From positions 92,612 to 156,611 of the forward strand of contig WARW01000022.1 of the NCBI GenBank assembly GCA_013387215.1: a stretch of DNA of 64,000 nucleotides, written 5' to 3'. Below the pieces are notes generated by a model. That model ran no database searches. It worked only from the letters and a program-made list of their open reading frames with translations, and was not told the DNA's origin. Source of the DNA: Patescibacteria group bacterium (GTDB lineage Bacteria; Patescibacteriota; Microgenomatia; UBA12405). The position numbers and the translations under genes are program-made. Numbering within the stretch: position 1 is the stretch's first letter; the number at the start of each line of letters is the position of its first letter. Positions 36,716-45,428 of this stretch are shown in pieces.

Positions 36716-38306
36716 CTATACATTTTCTATTCCTGTTAATTTTTGGAAAAATACAGGTTTAGTATTAGAAAAAAATTTAAAGTTAATTGTAGGAATAATT
36801 TTGGTAATAATTTCCATTACCGCATTTGTTTATTATTGGAGAAACGGACTAGGAATCGCATATAACGATGCGAGATCACACTTAGATATTGGGCGCCGAG
36901 TTATTGAAGGATTAAAACCTGGGTTAGCTCAACTTGGCTCTGTTTGGTTGCCATTGCTGCATTTCTTGATGATTCCTACAATTTGGAATAATTTTATGTG
37001 GCATTCCGGACTTTCAGGAGCATTGGTTTCGATGATTTCTTTTGTATTTTGCGGACTTTTGATTTATCAATTTCTAGAACAATTAGGGGTTGGAAAAGTT
37101 GGTCGATTAACTGGTGTAATTATTTTTGCAGCTAATCTGAATATATTATATTTGCAATCCACAGCCATGACAGAACTGTTGCTTTTAGCTACGATGACGG
37201 CTGGTTCATATGAATTATTGATTTGGCACAAAACAGGCAATTATTTAAATTTAGTTAAATCAGCGATTTGGATAATGCTTTCCACTTTAACTCGATATGA
37301 TGGGTGGTTTTTATTGTTCTATGCCACTCTTTTAATAATTATTAATGTAGTAAAAAAGAAAAGTTACAAAACAGCAGAAGGCACTTTGATTTTATTTTTG
37401 ACTATGGCCGCTTTAGGGGTGGTTTTGTGGTTTTTGTGGAATTTATTAATCTTTAAAGATCCTTTTTATTTTATTACTGGTCCATTTTCAGCAAAGGCAC
37501 AGCAAGATTTATTGTCTAACGCAGGCGTATTACCAACTAAGGGAAACTTTTTTTTATCCATGAAGGTCTATTTATATGCCTTGATGTATAACACTCAAAC
37601 TTTTCCGTCAATACTTGGATTAATTGGGGCAATTATATTGTGGTTTGATAATAAGATAAACAGATCCATAAAAATGGCATCAACGGTACTTTTAGCACCA
37701 TTATTTTTTAATATAATAGCTTTATATATTGGACACTCGGTTTTATATGTACAAGGGATATCTGGAAACACCTGGTTTAATGTTAGGTATGGAATTATGC
37801 TCCTACCATCAATTGCTATATTTATTGGATACTTAATCGATAAATTAAAACCGTTTAGGGTAGTTTTAATTTCACTTATTTTATTTACTTCATTTTTTTC
37901 AATAGTAAGCGGGGATGCAGTAACAATAGATGATGCAAAATTTGGTTCCAGCCAAAAAAACGTTACTGAAATAAGCGAGTGGCTTAAAGAAAATGTGACT
38001 AACGAAAATAGTTATATTTTAATTTCCGTTGCTTCACACGATGCAATTGTTTTTTCCTCTGGATTACCAATGAAACGTTTTATACATGAAGGGACTGGAG
38101 ACTATTGGAATAAAGCGATAATAAACCCGGATAAATACGCAAAATATATTATTATGAGAACTAATGATGCAACAGATATGACTTTTAGATTGGTCGGCAA
38201 ATCACCTGGATTTAGCCGATATCAAAAAATTTCTAGTTTTCCTTTCGCAGACATATATGAATTAAGACCAGAATATTGGAATAATTTAGCAACAAACACA
38301 AAATGA
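36708..38306 (+). CDS. second GT-C-fold membrane glycosyltransferase, putative
   Basis: About 12 TM. First loop YNDARSHLDIGRRV. Large C-terminal extracytoplasmic domain. ATGACTAA overlap with the upstream stop. Confidence 0.55.
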   Translation: MTNYTFSIPVNFWKNTGLVLEKNLKLIVGIILVIISITAFVYYWRNGLGIAYNDARSHLDIGRRVIEGLKPGLAQLGSVWLPLLHFLMIPTIWNNFMWHSGLSGALVSMISFVFCGLLIYQFLEQLGVGKVGRLTGVIIFAANLNILYLQSTAMTELLLLATMTAGSYELLIWHKTGNYLNLVKSAIWIMLSTLTRYDGWFLLFYATLLIIINVVKKKSYKTAEGTLILFLTMAALGVVLWFLWNLLIFKDPFYFITGPFSAKAQQDLLSNAGVLPTKGNFFLSMKVYLYALMYNTQTFPSILGLIGAIILWFDNKINRSIKMASTVLLAPLFFNIIALYIGHSVLYVQGISGNTWFNVRYGIMLLPSIAIFIGYLIDKLKPFRVVLISLILFTSFFSIVSGDAVTIDDAKFGSSQKNVTEISEWLKENVTNENSYILISVASHDAIVFSSGLPMKRFIHEGTGDYWNKAIINPDKYAKYIIMRTNDATDMTFRLVGKSPGFSRYQKISSFPFADIYELRPEYWNNLATNTK

Positions 38307-39535
38307 TTGCATTAGTTGCCTCGTTTGTGGTTTCGTTATTTTCTTTAAATAATAATTTAACTATTAATGATTCTTGGTGGAAAGTTCAGTCTGTTGACAC
38401 GGTAAAATATTCACGTGATCTGGCTAGAAGTGAAATTTCAAACCCAAATTTGGATTCAATTATTGACGAGCAAGTTAAAGATATTGCTGATATTGGGGCA
38501 AATTATGTTGCTATTGATACTCCATATGATGAAGAGTTTAGGCCCTATTTAATAAAATGGGTTGAAAGTGCAAGAAGACACAATCTTAATGTTTGGTTTC
38601 GAGGTAATTTTTCCGGTTGGGAAAAATGGTTTGATTATCAGTCTATTAGCAGCGAGGATCATTTAAAAATGACGAGTAATTTTATTTTAAACAATCCCGA
38701 TTTGTTTAAAGATGGTGACATTTTTACGGCTTGCCCTGAGTGTGAAAACGGAACAATAGGCGATCCAAGAAGCACTGGTAATTTAGATGAATATCGCTCG
38801 TTTATGATTAATGAATATCAAATAACAAAAAATGATTTTAAAAAAATTAATAAAAAGGTTATTTCAAACTTTAATTCGATGAATGGAGATGTAGCAATGG
38901 CAGTGATGGATAAACCGACAACACAGTCAATGGATGGAATTGTGACAATAGACCATTATGTGGCGGATCCAGAAAAAATAACTGATTATATAAATCTTAT
39001 AAGTGAAAATAGTGGAGGAAAAATTGTTTTAGGTGAATTTGGCGCTCCTATCCCCGATTTAAACGGTAATCTGGATGAAGATCAACAATCTATATGGATT
39101 AATGAAGCCTTAAATAAAATAGCTCAGTCAAATAATATTATTGGAATAAATTATTGGACTAACATAAATTCAACTACCCAACTATGGAATAATAATGGTA
39201 TCCCTAGAAAGGCCGTTAGTATCGTGAAAAATTATTATTCACCTCAAATATTAAGAGGGTCTATTAAAAATGAGATCGGACAAGCAGTTAGAAATGCCGA
39301 TGTGTATATTGCCAATAAGTCAACAAAATCTGATAATAATGGATATTTTTCAATACCATATATAAACCACAATACTAACGTAAATATTTATAGTCCCGAT
39401 TATATGCATCAGATAATATCTATTGATGATTTCAAAAAAAACGGAAAAGCAATTTTAATTAAATATCCAGAAGACTTTTGGTTTAGAGCGGAGAAATTAT
39501 TTTATTCTATATATACCAGCCGCTTCCGGAGGTAA
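38303..39535 (+). CDS. clan-A glycoside-hydrolase-like protein (paralogue of the 24793-26715 catalytic domain) with C-terminal CarboxypepD_reg-like domain
   Basis: Shares NYVAIDTPYD, GDIFTACPECENG, IDHY and LGEFGAP blocks with the PA14 protein. C-terminal GSIKNEIGQAVRNADVYIANKSTKSDNNGYFSI. ATGA overlap. Confidence 0.65.
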   Translation: MIALVASFVVSLFSLNNNLTINDSWWKVQSVDTVKYSRDLARSEISNPNLDSIIDEQVKDIADIGANYVAIDTPYDEEFRPYLIKWVESARRHNLNVWFRGNFSGWEKWFDYQSISSEDHLKMTSNFILNNPDLFKDGDIFTACPECENGTIGDPRSTGNLDEYRSFMINEYQITKNDFKKINKKVISNFNSMNGDVAMAVMDKPTTQSMDGIVTIDHYVADPEKITDYINLISENSGGKIVLGEFGAPIPDLNGNLDEDQQSIWINEALNKIAQSNNIIGINYWTNINSTTQLWNNNGIPRKAVSIVKNYYSPQILRGSIKNEIGQAVRNADVYIANKSTKSDNNGYFSIPYINHNTNVNIYSPDYMHQIISIDDFKKNGKAILIKYPEDFWFRAEKLFYSIYTSRFRR

Positions 39536-40303
39536 CATGCTGGCAATTTTAGGCATAATAAAACGAGTCGGCATAAAATCGTTATGAGTATAAATTTCTT
39601 TGGCTGTAACTATTGTTTTTTGAGATGGAACACAAAGACTTCGAGTGGAAGGATCAAAGAGTCTGTATGAACCATCAATAGAAACCGGCAAAACACAAAA
39701 TTTGGTTTTATCTTTTAAAAATCTTGTTACAATTCCGTCAAAAGAATTATCCTCTTTTACCTCTACCATGCCATTAATTATTCCATTTTCATTAATTCTT
39801 CCGCCTTTTAGAGTGCCTTCCGGTAAAAATATTATTCCGAAATTATCTTTGTGGGCTGATATTAATTTTTTAAGATTATCTGAGTTTTTATCTTCTATTC
39901 CATATCTTTTTATGTCTTCTTCTCGTGTGACAGGTATCAAATTAACACCTCTTTGCTGACATACCGGTGTCAGTTTTTCTACTAAATACCTGACTTCTTC
40001 ACCCTGATCACCTGAACAAATTGAACTAGCTATCGGTAAATAAAAACCGTTAAAACCATCAACTTTTATTTTGCTTGTAATCATGGAAATAGCGAGTCCG
40101 TCAGCGTGACTTTGATGATTACTTACTATAAGAGGCATGTAGCCTTCTTTAATTAAGGTGGAAAAATCGGAAATTAACTGTTGATTACAATTCAACTCGA
40201 AGTTATTAAAAATATTGCCCAATTCAGAGACTGATCTTTTCTCTGGTACTTGAGCCATTAATGTACCTTCATTCTTATTTGTGATTATAAGTTTTTCTGA
40301 CAT
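39497..40303 (-). CDS. 1-acyl-sn-glycerol-3-phosphate acyltransferase-like (PlsC family)
   Basis: HxxxxD motif (NHQSHADG) and downstream EGT/PEGT block (FLPEGTLKGG). Confidence 0.7.
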   Translation of the reverse strand: MSEKLIITNKNEGTLMAQVPEKRSVSELGNIFNNFELNCNQQLISDFSTLIKEGYMPLIVSNHQSHADGLAISMITSKIKVDGFNGFYLPIASSICSGDQGEEVRYLVEKLTPVCQQRGVNLIPVTREEDIKRYGIEDKNSDNLKKLISAHKDNFGIIFLPEGTLKGGRINENGIINGMVEVKEDNSFDGIVTRFLKDKTKFCVLPVSIDGSYRLFDPSTRSLCVPSQKTIVTAKEIYTHNDFMPTRFIMPKIASMLPPEAAGIYRIK

Positions 40304-40424
40304 AAGTGCCCTATATTAACATACTCTTACTCATCACTTACAAAATTGTTGTAACTTACTAATTTTCGCTTGTTATATTCTTTTGTTATCCTTTAAATTC
40401 TAAAAAAAGGAGGTGAACTCAAAG

Positions 40425-40565
40425 ATGGCAGACCAAAATAAGCAAGGAGGCGCCAATCAGGGTGACAAGAAGAAAGATCCTCGAAAGGATATCAATGAAA
40501 AAGGCGGCGAAAGAACTCAAGATTCAGAGAATGATATGAGTGATTTGACCGATATGGATGAATAA
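40425..40565 (+). CDS. small acidic protein (46 aa: MADQNKQGGANQGDKKKDPRKDINEKGGERTQDSENDMSDLTDMDE)
   Basis: Canonical AAGGAGGTG SD lies 7 nt upstream. Below the ORF-track length cut-off. Confidence 0.4.
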   Translation: MADQNKQGGANQGDKKKDPRKDINEKGGERTQDSENDMSDLTDMDE

Positions 40566-40585
40566 TATTTTATAAATGGAGAAGC

Positions 40586-40619
40586 ATTATGAATAGTCCC
40601 AAAAGGGACTATTCATAAT
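40586..40619 (+). promoter_or_regulatory. perfect 15-bp palindrome ATTATGAATAGTCCC-AAAA-GGGACTATTCATAAT ending 5 nt before the rpsD ATG
   Basis: Read directly from the sequence. It occupies the position where an SD would be. Confidence 0.45.
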
Positions 40620-40624
40620 AAAAT

Positions 40625-41227
40625 ATGGCAAAATTTATTGGCCCTAAAGACAAATTATCCAGAAGAGAAGGATTTGATCTTTTTAATAAAGGGGCAAAAT
40701 TAAGAAAAATAGATCGAAAACCGGGACAACACGATCAAACAAAAAATAAAAAAGTTTCCGATTATGGAAAACAATTAAGATCAAAGCAAAAAGCAAAGAG
40801 ATTTTATGGAGTTTTTGAAAAACAATTTAGAAACTACGTTTTACAAGCAAATAAAACAAAAGGGAAAGCAGGAGAAGCTTTAATAACTTTATTGGAAAGA
40901 AGACTAGATAATGTAGTCTTTAGATTGGGATTAGCTCCAACAAGACCGGCAGCAAGACAATTTGTTAGTCACAATCATGTCTTAATAAATAACAAAGTAT
41001 TAAATGTTCCTTCATATCAGGTAAATATAGGTGAAGTAATTAGTCTTTCAAAGACTGCAATAGAAATACCGGCAGTGAAAGAATTACTGGAAGGTGAGGA
41101 AAAACCAAAAATACCAGATTGGCTGGAAAGAGATGGCACTAGTGGAAAATTGATACGGTATCCTATCTTAACCGATGTAAGAGAACCAATCAGTGTTATT
41201 GATATTATCGAATTTTATTCACGCTAA
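40625..41227 (+). CDS. rpsD: 30S ribosomal protein S4
   Basis: MAKFIGPKDKLSRREG… and the S4 RNA-binding domain. Confidence 0.9.
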   Translation: MAKFIGPKDKLSRREGFDLFNKGAKLRKIDRKPGQHDQTKNKKVSDYGKQLRSKQKAKRFYGVFEKQFRNYVLQANKTKGKAGEALITLLERRLDNVVFRLGLAPTRPAARQFVSHNHVLINNKVLNVPSYQVNIGEVISLSKTAIEIPAVKELLEGEEKPKIPDWLERDGTSGKLIRYPILTDVREPISVIDIIEFYSR

Positions 41228-41548
41228 TTTTGATAAAAAAGAGAAAACAATTGATAAGATAATTGCAAAAAGAATTGCCCAACCAAGACCATCAACAGAA
41301 AATCCAGGAACGATTTTTGTGGCTAATAAAATTATGATGGCGTTAATCACTAAAGTGAAAAGACCTAAAGTTAAGATATTTATTGGAAGGGTTAAAATTA
41401 CTAAAATCGGTTTTAAAATGAAGTTTAATATTCCCAATACTACGGCTAGAACTATGGCTGTTCCAATACTATTAATAAACACACCTGGCAAAATATAAGC
41501 TGTTATAAAAATAGAAATAACATAAAGTGCAAATCGTAAAATATTCAT
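41219..41548 (-). CDS. DUF360/phage-holin-superfamily-IV-like 4-TM membrane protein
   Basis: Four hydrophobic helices. YILPGVFI…GTAIVLAVVLGILNFILKPIL is typical of PF04020. Confidence 0.55.
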   Translation of the reverse strand: MNILRFALYVISIFITAYILPGVFINSIGTAIVLAVVLGILNFILKPILVILTLPINILTLGLFTLVINAIIILLATKIVPGFSVDGLGWAILFAIILSIVFSFLSKLA

Positions 41549-41630
41549 CTATCTTTATTATAGAACTAAATTCATTTTTTCCCAAGCCTTTAACATAATT
41601 CATACATTAAAGACTTGGGTTATAAATTTT

Positions 41631-43055
41631 TTATTCTAAGCTTTCAACATTAACACCGTACCCCCAATCAATTTCTGGATAAGAGTGGAGAAGTTTATTG
41701 ATATAAACTTTTAGCTGATCATAACCAGATTGGTTGTTGGATTCGAATTTTATTGTTAAATAAGGTCCATTTTGAGAATATCTGACAACAAACATTCCGT
41801 CCACTAAATTTAGTCTGACACCATCACCTGCTCGGCGCTCATCTGAAATAATTTCTGCTTGAGGATAATCTTTTTTCAAAACTTCACTAATTTTATCCAT
41901 CAAAGAAACTTTTTTATCATCGGCACAGCCAACTTTAATTTCCGGACTGGAAATATATTGTGGTAATGAAGCTACAGCCTGAGACAATGTTTGATTGGTT
42001 CGACCAAGATAATCTAACAATCGAACGGTGGAATAAAATCCATCATCATGATTATAAAAATCAGCAGAAAAGAAAAAGTGGCCTGATAATTCGCCTGCAA
42101 ATGCACCGCCTGCTTCTTTATTATATTTTTTAACGAAAGAATGTCCGGTTCTAACCATGTTTGGTTTGCCGCCGTTTCGAGTAATAGTTTCTTCAACCAA
42201 TTTAGAACATAAAGTGTTGAAGGTAATAACAGAACCCGGATGATATGCCAAAACATCAGCTGACATTAGAGCAACTAAAACATCGTTCCAAATAATGCCA
42301 CCCTTTTCATCAATAATTCCAATGCGATCACCATCGGCATCATAAGTAAAACCAACTGCAGCACCTGATTCAATTACTTCTTGAGCAATTCTTTTAGCAA
42401 CTACAGATTCGGTTGGATCTGGAGTTCCAAGCGGGAAAGTTGGATCAATATTGCAATTTTTTTCGACAACCTCAAAACCTGCGCCTCTTAATGCGTTTGG
42501 AACAATTGCACCAGCAGTGGCACAATTAGCATCAATTAAAACCTTTATAGGTTTTAAATTAGTAAAACGTTTAAGAATATCTGCAAAATAGGCAGAATTT
42601 ACATCTTGAATAGTGCTGTTTCCAACCTTATCACCTTGTGAATAATTTTCATTTAAAACTAAATTTTTGATTTCTTGAATTCCTTCGCTGACTAATGTTT
42701 CAGAAAAATCAGAAGCTAGTTTCATGCCGTTATATTCACCCGGGTTGTGAGAAGCAGTAATAAAGGCTCCGCCTTTTCGGTTTAAAAAATATTGTGCCCA
42801 ATAAAAAGTTCCAACCATAGTGAGACCAATATTTACAACATCAATACCTGTCCAAGTTAAACCTTTAATAAAAGCTTCACTATATTCTTTACTGGTGGCT
42901 CGGCAATCATACCCAACTATAGCTTCAGTGATGCCTCGATTCTTTAAAAAAGTTCCATGTGCCCGGCCAATGTGTTCATAAAGTTCTGGAGATAAATCTT
43001 GACCCACTATTCCTCTAATATCATAACCACGAAAAATACTTTGATTTACTTGCAT
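41631..43055 (-). CDS. phosphoglucomutase/phosphomannomutase
   Basis: Active-site Ser loop (ITASHNPGEYNGMK), Mg-binding (DADGDR) and a sugar-binding loop. Confidence 0.85.
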   Translation of the reverse strand: MQVNQSIFRGYDIRGIVGQDLSPELYEHIGRAHGTFLKNRGITEAIVGYDCRATSKEYSEAFIKGLTWTGIDVVNIGLTMVGTFYWAQYFLNRKGGAFITASHNPGEYNGMKLASDFSETLVSEGIQEIKNLVLNENYSQGDKVGNSTIQDVNSAYFADILKRFTNLKPIKVLIDANCATAGAIVPNALRGAGFEVVEKNCNIDPTFPLGTPDPTESVVAKRIAQEVIESGAAVGFTYDADGDRIGIIDEKGGIIWNDVLVALMSADVLAYHPGSVITFNTLCSKLVEETITRNGGKPNMVRTGHSFVKKYNKEAGGAFAGELSGHFFFSADFYNHDDGFYSTVRLLDYLGRTNQTLSQAVASLPQYISSPEIKVGCADDKKVSLMDKISEVLKKDYPQAEIISDERRAGDGVRLNLVDGMFVVRYSQNGPYLTIKFESNNQSGYDQLKVYINKLLHSYPEIDWGYGVNVESLE

Positions 43056-43103
43056 AAAAAATTTAACTAATAATGGTTAGAGTACACAAAGAATAACATA
43101 TTT

Positions 43104-45008
43104 TTATACAACCGATTCCAGATTACACCGTTGAAAAACAAAAAGATTATTTTCAGGCGGAAAAGCCATATTAATATAATCCTCAACCATCCGAGCGCCA
43201 CTAACGATATTAAGAAGACCTCCTTTCCAAAGTGTTTTAACTTCATCAAAATGTTTTTCTGGATCTTGCGAGACTTTTATTGAGTGTTCTAATTGAGAAT
43301 AATAATTTTCAAATTCTTCTGCAGAGTTAGTATTACCTTCAATAGCATAGTAAGAGGTTTTTGGAAGTTCGGCGTAGAAACCATCCACAGTAGAAACCTG
43401 GAGAGCACCACCAAAACCTGTTTTCATGCCAGAAGTGGCACATGCTTCTTCCCCTACCCTAGGCGTATTTGTCCAAACATGACAAGCAGGTCCAAGTTTT
43501 TTGGCAAGCTCTGTGTCCCAATCAGGTAGATAATGGATTTGGTTTCTAAAAACGTCATTTTCAGCGATGGATTTTAAAACAAACGACAACTGATCTTTAG
43601 CAATACCGTCGGCTGGATGAGCCTTACCACTAATAAAAATATGGACATTAGGATTGCTGGTTAAAATATTCTGTAAACGATCTGGATATTTAAATATCAT
43701 CCACCTTCTTTTATAATCTGCCACACGACGAGCGTCTCCAATAATTACGGCATTATCCAGAAGTTGAACAATATTCCCGAATTGATCCAAACGTTTCCCT
43801 TCCAATAGATATTCACGAAGATCTGCAACTGCTTTTGATTTTAAATTATGAAATTCTTTTGGGTTTATTTTATCTATATTTTCTTCAAAACTAGTTAAAT
43901 TTGGAATTCCAAACTTATCAATTACTTGATGTTTTTCTAGGAATTTAAACATTTCTGGATTCCAACCTTTTTGATAGATACCATTGGTAACTGAATCAAA
44001 ATTAGTTTTAATTCCATAATAAATATCTCCGTAACATTGCCTGAAAATTCTTGTTGCTTCGTCTGAATGGAATTGGCTGACACCATTGCATTTTTCAGAC
44101 ATATATTTTGCTAAATCAAGAAACTTAAGCATTCCGCCGCGCTGATTAATAAATGTTTCCAATTGTATTTTTGCTTCGCTGCTTTGCAAATTGTTAAAAA
44201 TTAAATTGCATTGCCCCCGATTAAAACTGGCTTCAGCTGCTGGAACTAAAGTGTGGTTAGTAAGAATTGTTTTACCTCTTAATTCTGCAAGTGCCTTTAG
44301 GTATGCATCGTAGTTATTACCATATATTTGAGTTTTGTAGTCTAAAAATGATAGAGCGCTTAAAACGGTAGCTGATTCATTCAAATGAATAACTGATGGT
44401 TCTTCAATTAATCCTTTTTCTTGGAGTTGTTGAATTACCTGAAAACCACCCATACCCATTACAACGTTATTCCAAAGACGTTCATCGCTGTTCGGTTCTT
44501 TAGGGTAAACTTCTCCAGATACCTTTAGTAATAATAGTTTTGTAGAATCGGTACTTAGGCCATATTGATAAACTTCAGGACTTTGCACTTGGTTATTAAA
44601 ATCTTTTATGCAAACATTTACTTGGTCAAATCTCTCCATTCCAATTTCTTGAGGTGATGGCAACTGTTTTTCTTCATCGTACTGATAATAATTACTGTTT
44701 TCACATCGAATAATTTGTTGTTCTTTGCGAGAACTATATGCTAATCCTAAGAAATACCCGGGTAAACCAATGTCGGCTGCTTGTAAAAAATGGTCGCGAG
44801 AAAGCATTCCTAAACCACCATTGGCACCTAAACCAGGACAACCATATTCAGCTGAAAAATAAACATACGGATTCTTTTTGTTAATTTGTTCCGAAAGATC
44901 GGTTCTATCGATAGTCTCTAAAAATTCAGGCCATTTTCTTGAAATCGGATTGATTTCACACCCTAAACTATTAATCTGCTCTCTAACTGACAGATATTTT
45001 TCTTTCAT
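43104..45008 (-). CDS. alpha-glucan (glycogen/maltodextrin) phosphorylase, GT35, short archaeal-type
   Basis: GANGGLGMLSRDHF (GGLG motif). PLP-Lys region (ATSGMKTGFGGALQVSTVDGF). Confidence 0.75.
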   Translation of the reverse strand: MKEKYLSVREQINSLGCEINPISRKWPEFLETIDRTDLSEQINKKNPYVYFSAEYGCPGLGANGGLGMLSRDHFLQAADIGLPGYFLGLAYSSRKEQQIIRCENSNYYQYDEEKQLPSPQEIGMERFDQVNVCIKDFNNQVQSPEVYQYGLSTDSTKLLLLKVSGEVYPKEPNSDERLWNNVVMGMGGFQVIQQLQEKGLIEEPSVIHLNESATVLSALSFLDYKTQIYGNNYDAYLKALAELRGKTILTNHTLVPAAEASFNRGQCNLIFNNLQSSEAKIQLETFINQRGGMLKFLDLAKYMSEKCNGVSQFHSDEATRIFRQCYGDIYYGIKTNFDSVTNGIYQKGWNPEMFKFLEKHQVIDKFGIPNLTSFEENIDKINPKEFHNLKSKAVADLREYLLEGKRLDQFGNIVQLLDNAVIIGDARRVADYKRRWMIFKYPDRLQNILTSNPNVHIFISGKAHPADGIAKDQLSFVLKSIAENDVFRNQIHYLPDWDTELAKKLGPACHVWTNTPRVGEEACATSGMKTGFGGALQVSTVDGFYAELPKTSYYAIEGNTNSAEEFENYYSQLEHSIKVSQDPEKHFDEVKTLWKGGLLNIVSGARMVEDYINMAFPPENNLFVFQRCNLESVV

Positions 45009-45097
45009 AGGACTATATTTTTAATATATTTAACAGAGTGTAGCACTCATTTAAGCAAACGGTGTTTTATAATTGTTATATTTGATAAAATTAGTGT

Positions 45098-45427
45098 ATG
45101 GATCAAATAAAATATGAAGATTTCGCCAAAGTTGAATTCATGGTTGGTGAAATTAAAGAAGCTGTAAAAGTTGAAGAGTCTGACAAACTGATTAGAATGA
45201 GAGTCGATTTTGGTGAAGAAAATTTGAGAACAGTTTTTTCTGGTATATATAAATCATATAAGCCTGAGGAGTTATTGGGTAAGAAAACAGTTTTTGTGAC
45301 AAACATTATTCCAAGAAAAATTATGGGTGAACCTTCTGAAGCTATGATTTTTGCTGCTGAAGAAAATGAAATGGTTAGTATTTTAATATTAGATAAAGAA
45401 GTTAAAAACGGATCAAAGGTTTTTTAA
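45098..45427 (+). CDS. standalone tRNA-binding domain protein (CsaA/Trbp111/EMAP-II-like OB fold)
   Basis: FAKVEFMVGEIKEAVKVEESDKLIRMRVDFGEE… matches the tRNA_bind OB-fold. Confidence 0.7.
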   Translation: MDQIKYEDFAKVEFMVGEIKEAVKVEESDKLIRMRVDFGEENLRTVFSGIYKSYKPEELLGKKTVFVTNIIPRKIMGEPSEAMIFAAEENEMVSILILDKEVKNGSKVF

Positions 45428-45428
45428 T

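Noticed and set aside
41549-41630. 13-bp imperfect hairpin (CCCAAGCCTTTAA…TTAAAGACTTGGG) followed by T-run on the plus strand
   Set aside because: It is probably a terminator or attenuator between pgm and the DUF360 gene, but its orientation relative to flanking genes is ambiguous. The plus-strand T-run has no upstream plus-strand gene nearby. Not confident enough to call.
43067-43529. Small ORFs 43067-43249 (-) and 43293-43529 (+)
   Set aside because: They overlap the alpha-glucan phosphorylase 3-prime region. There is no RBS or conservation signal.
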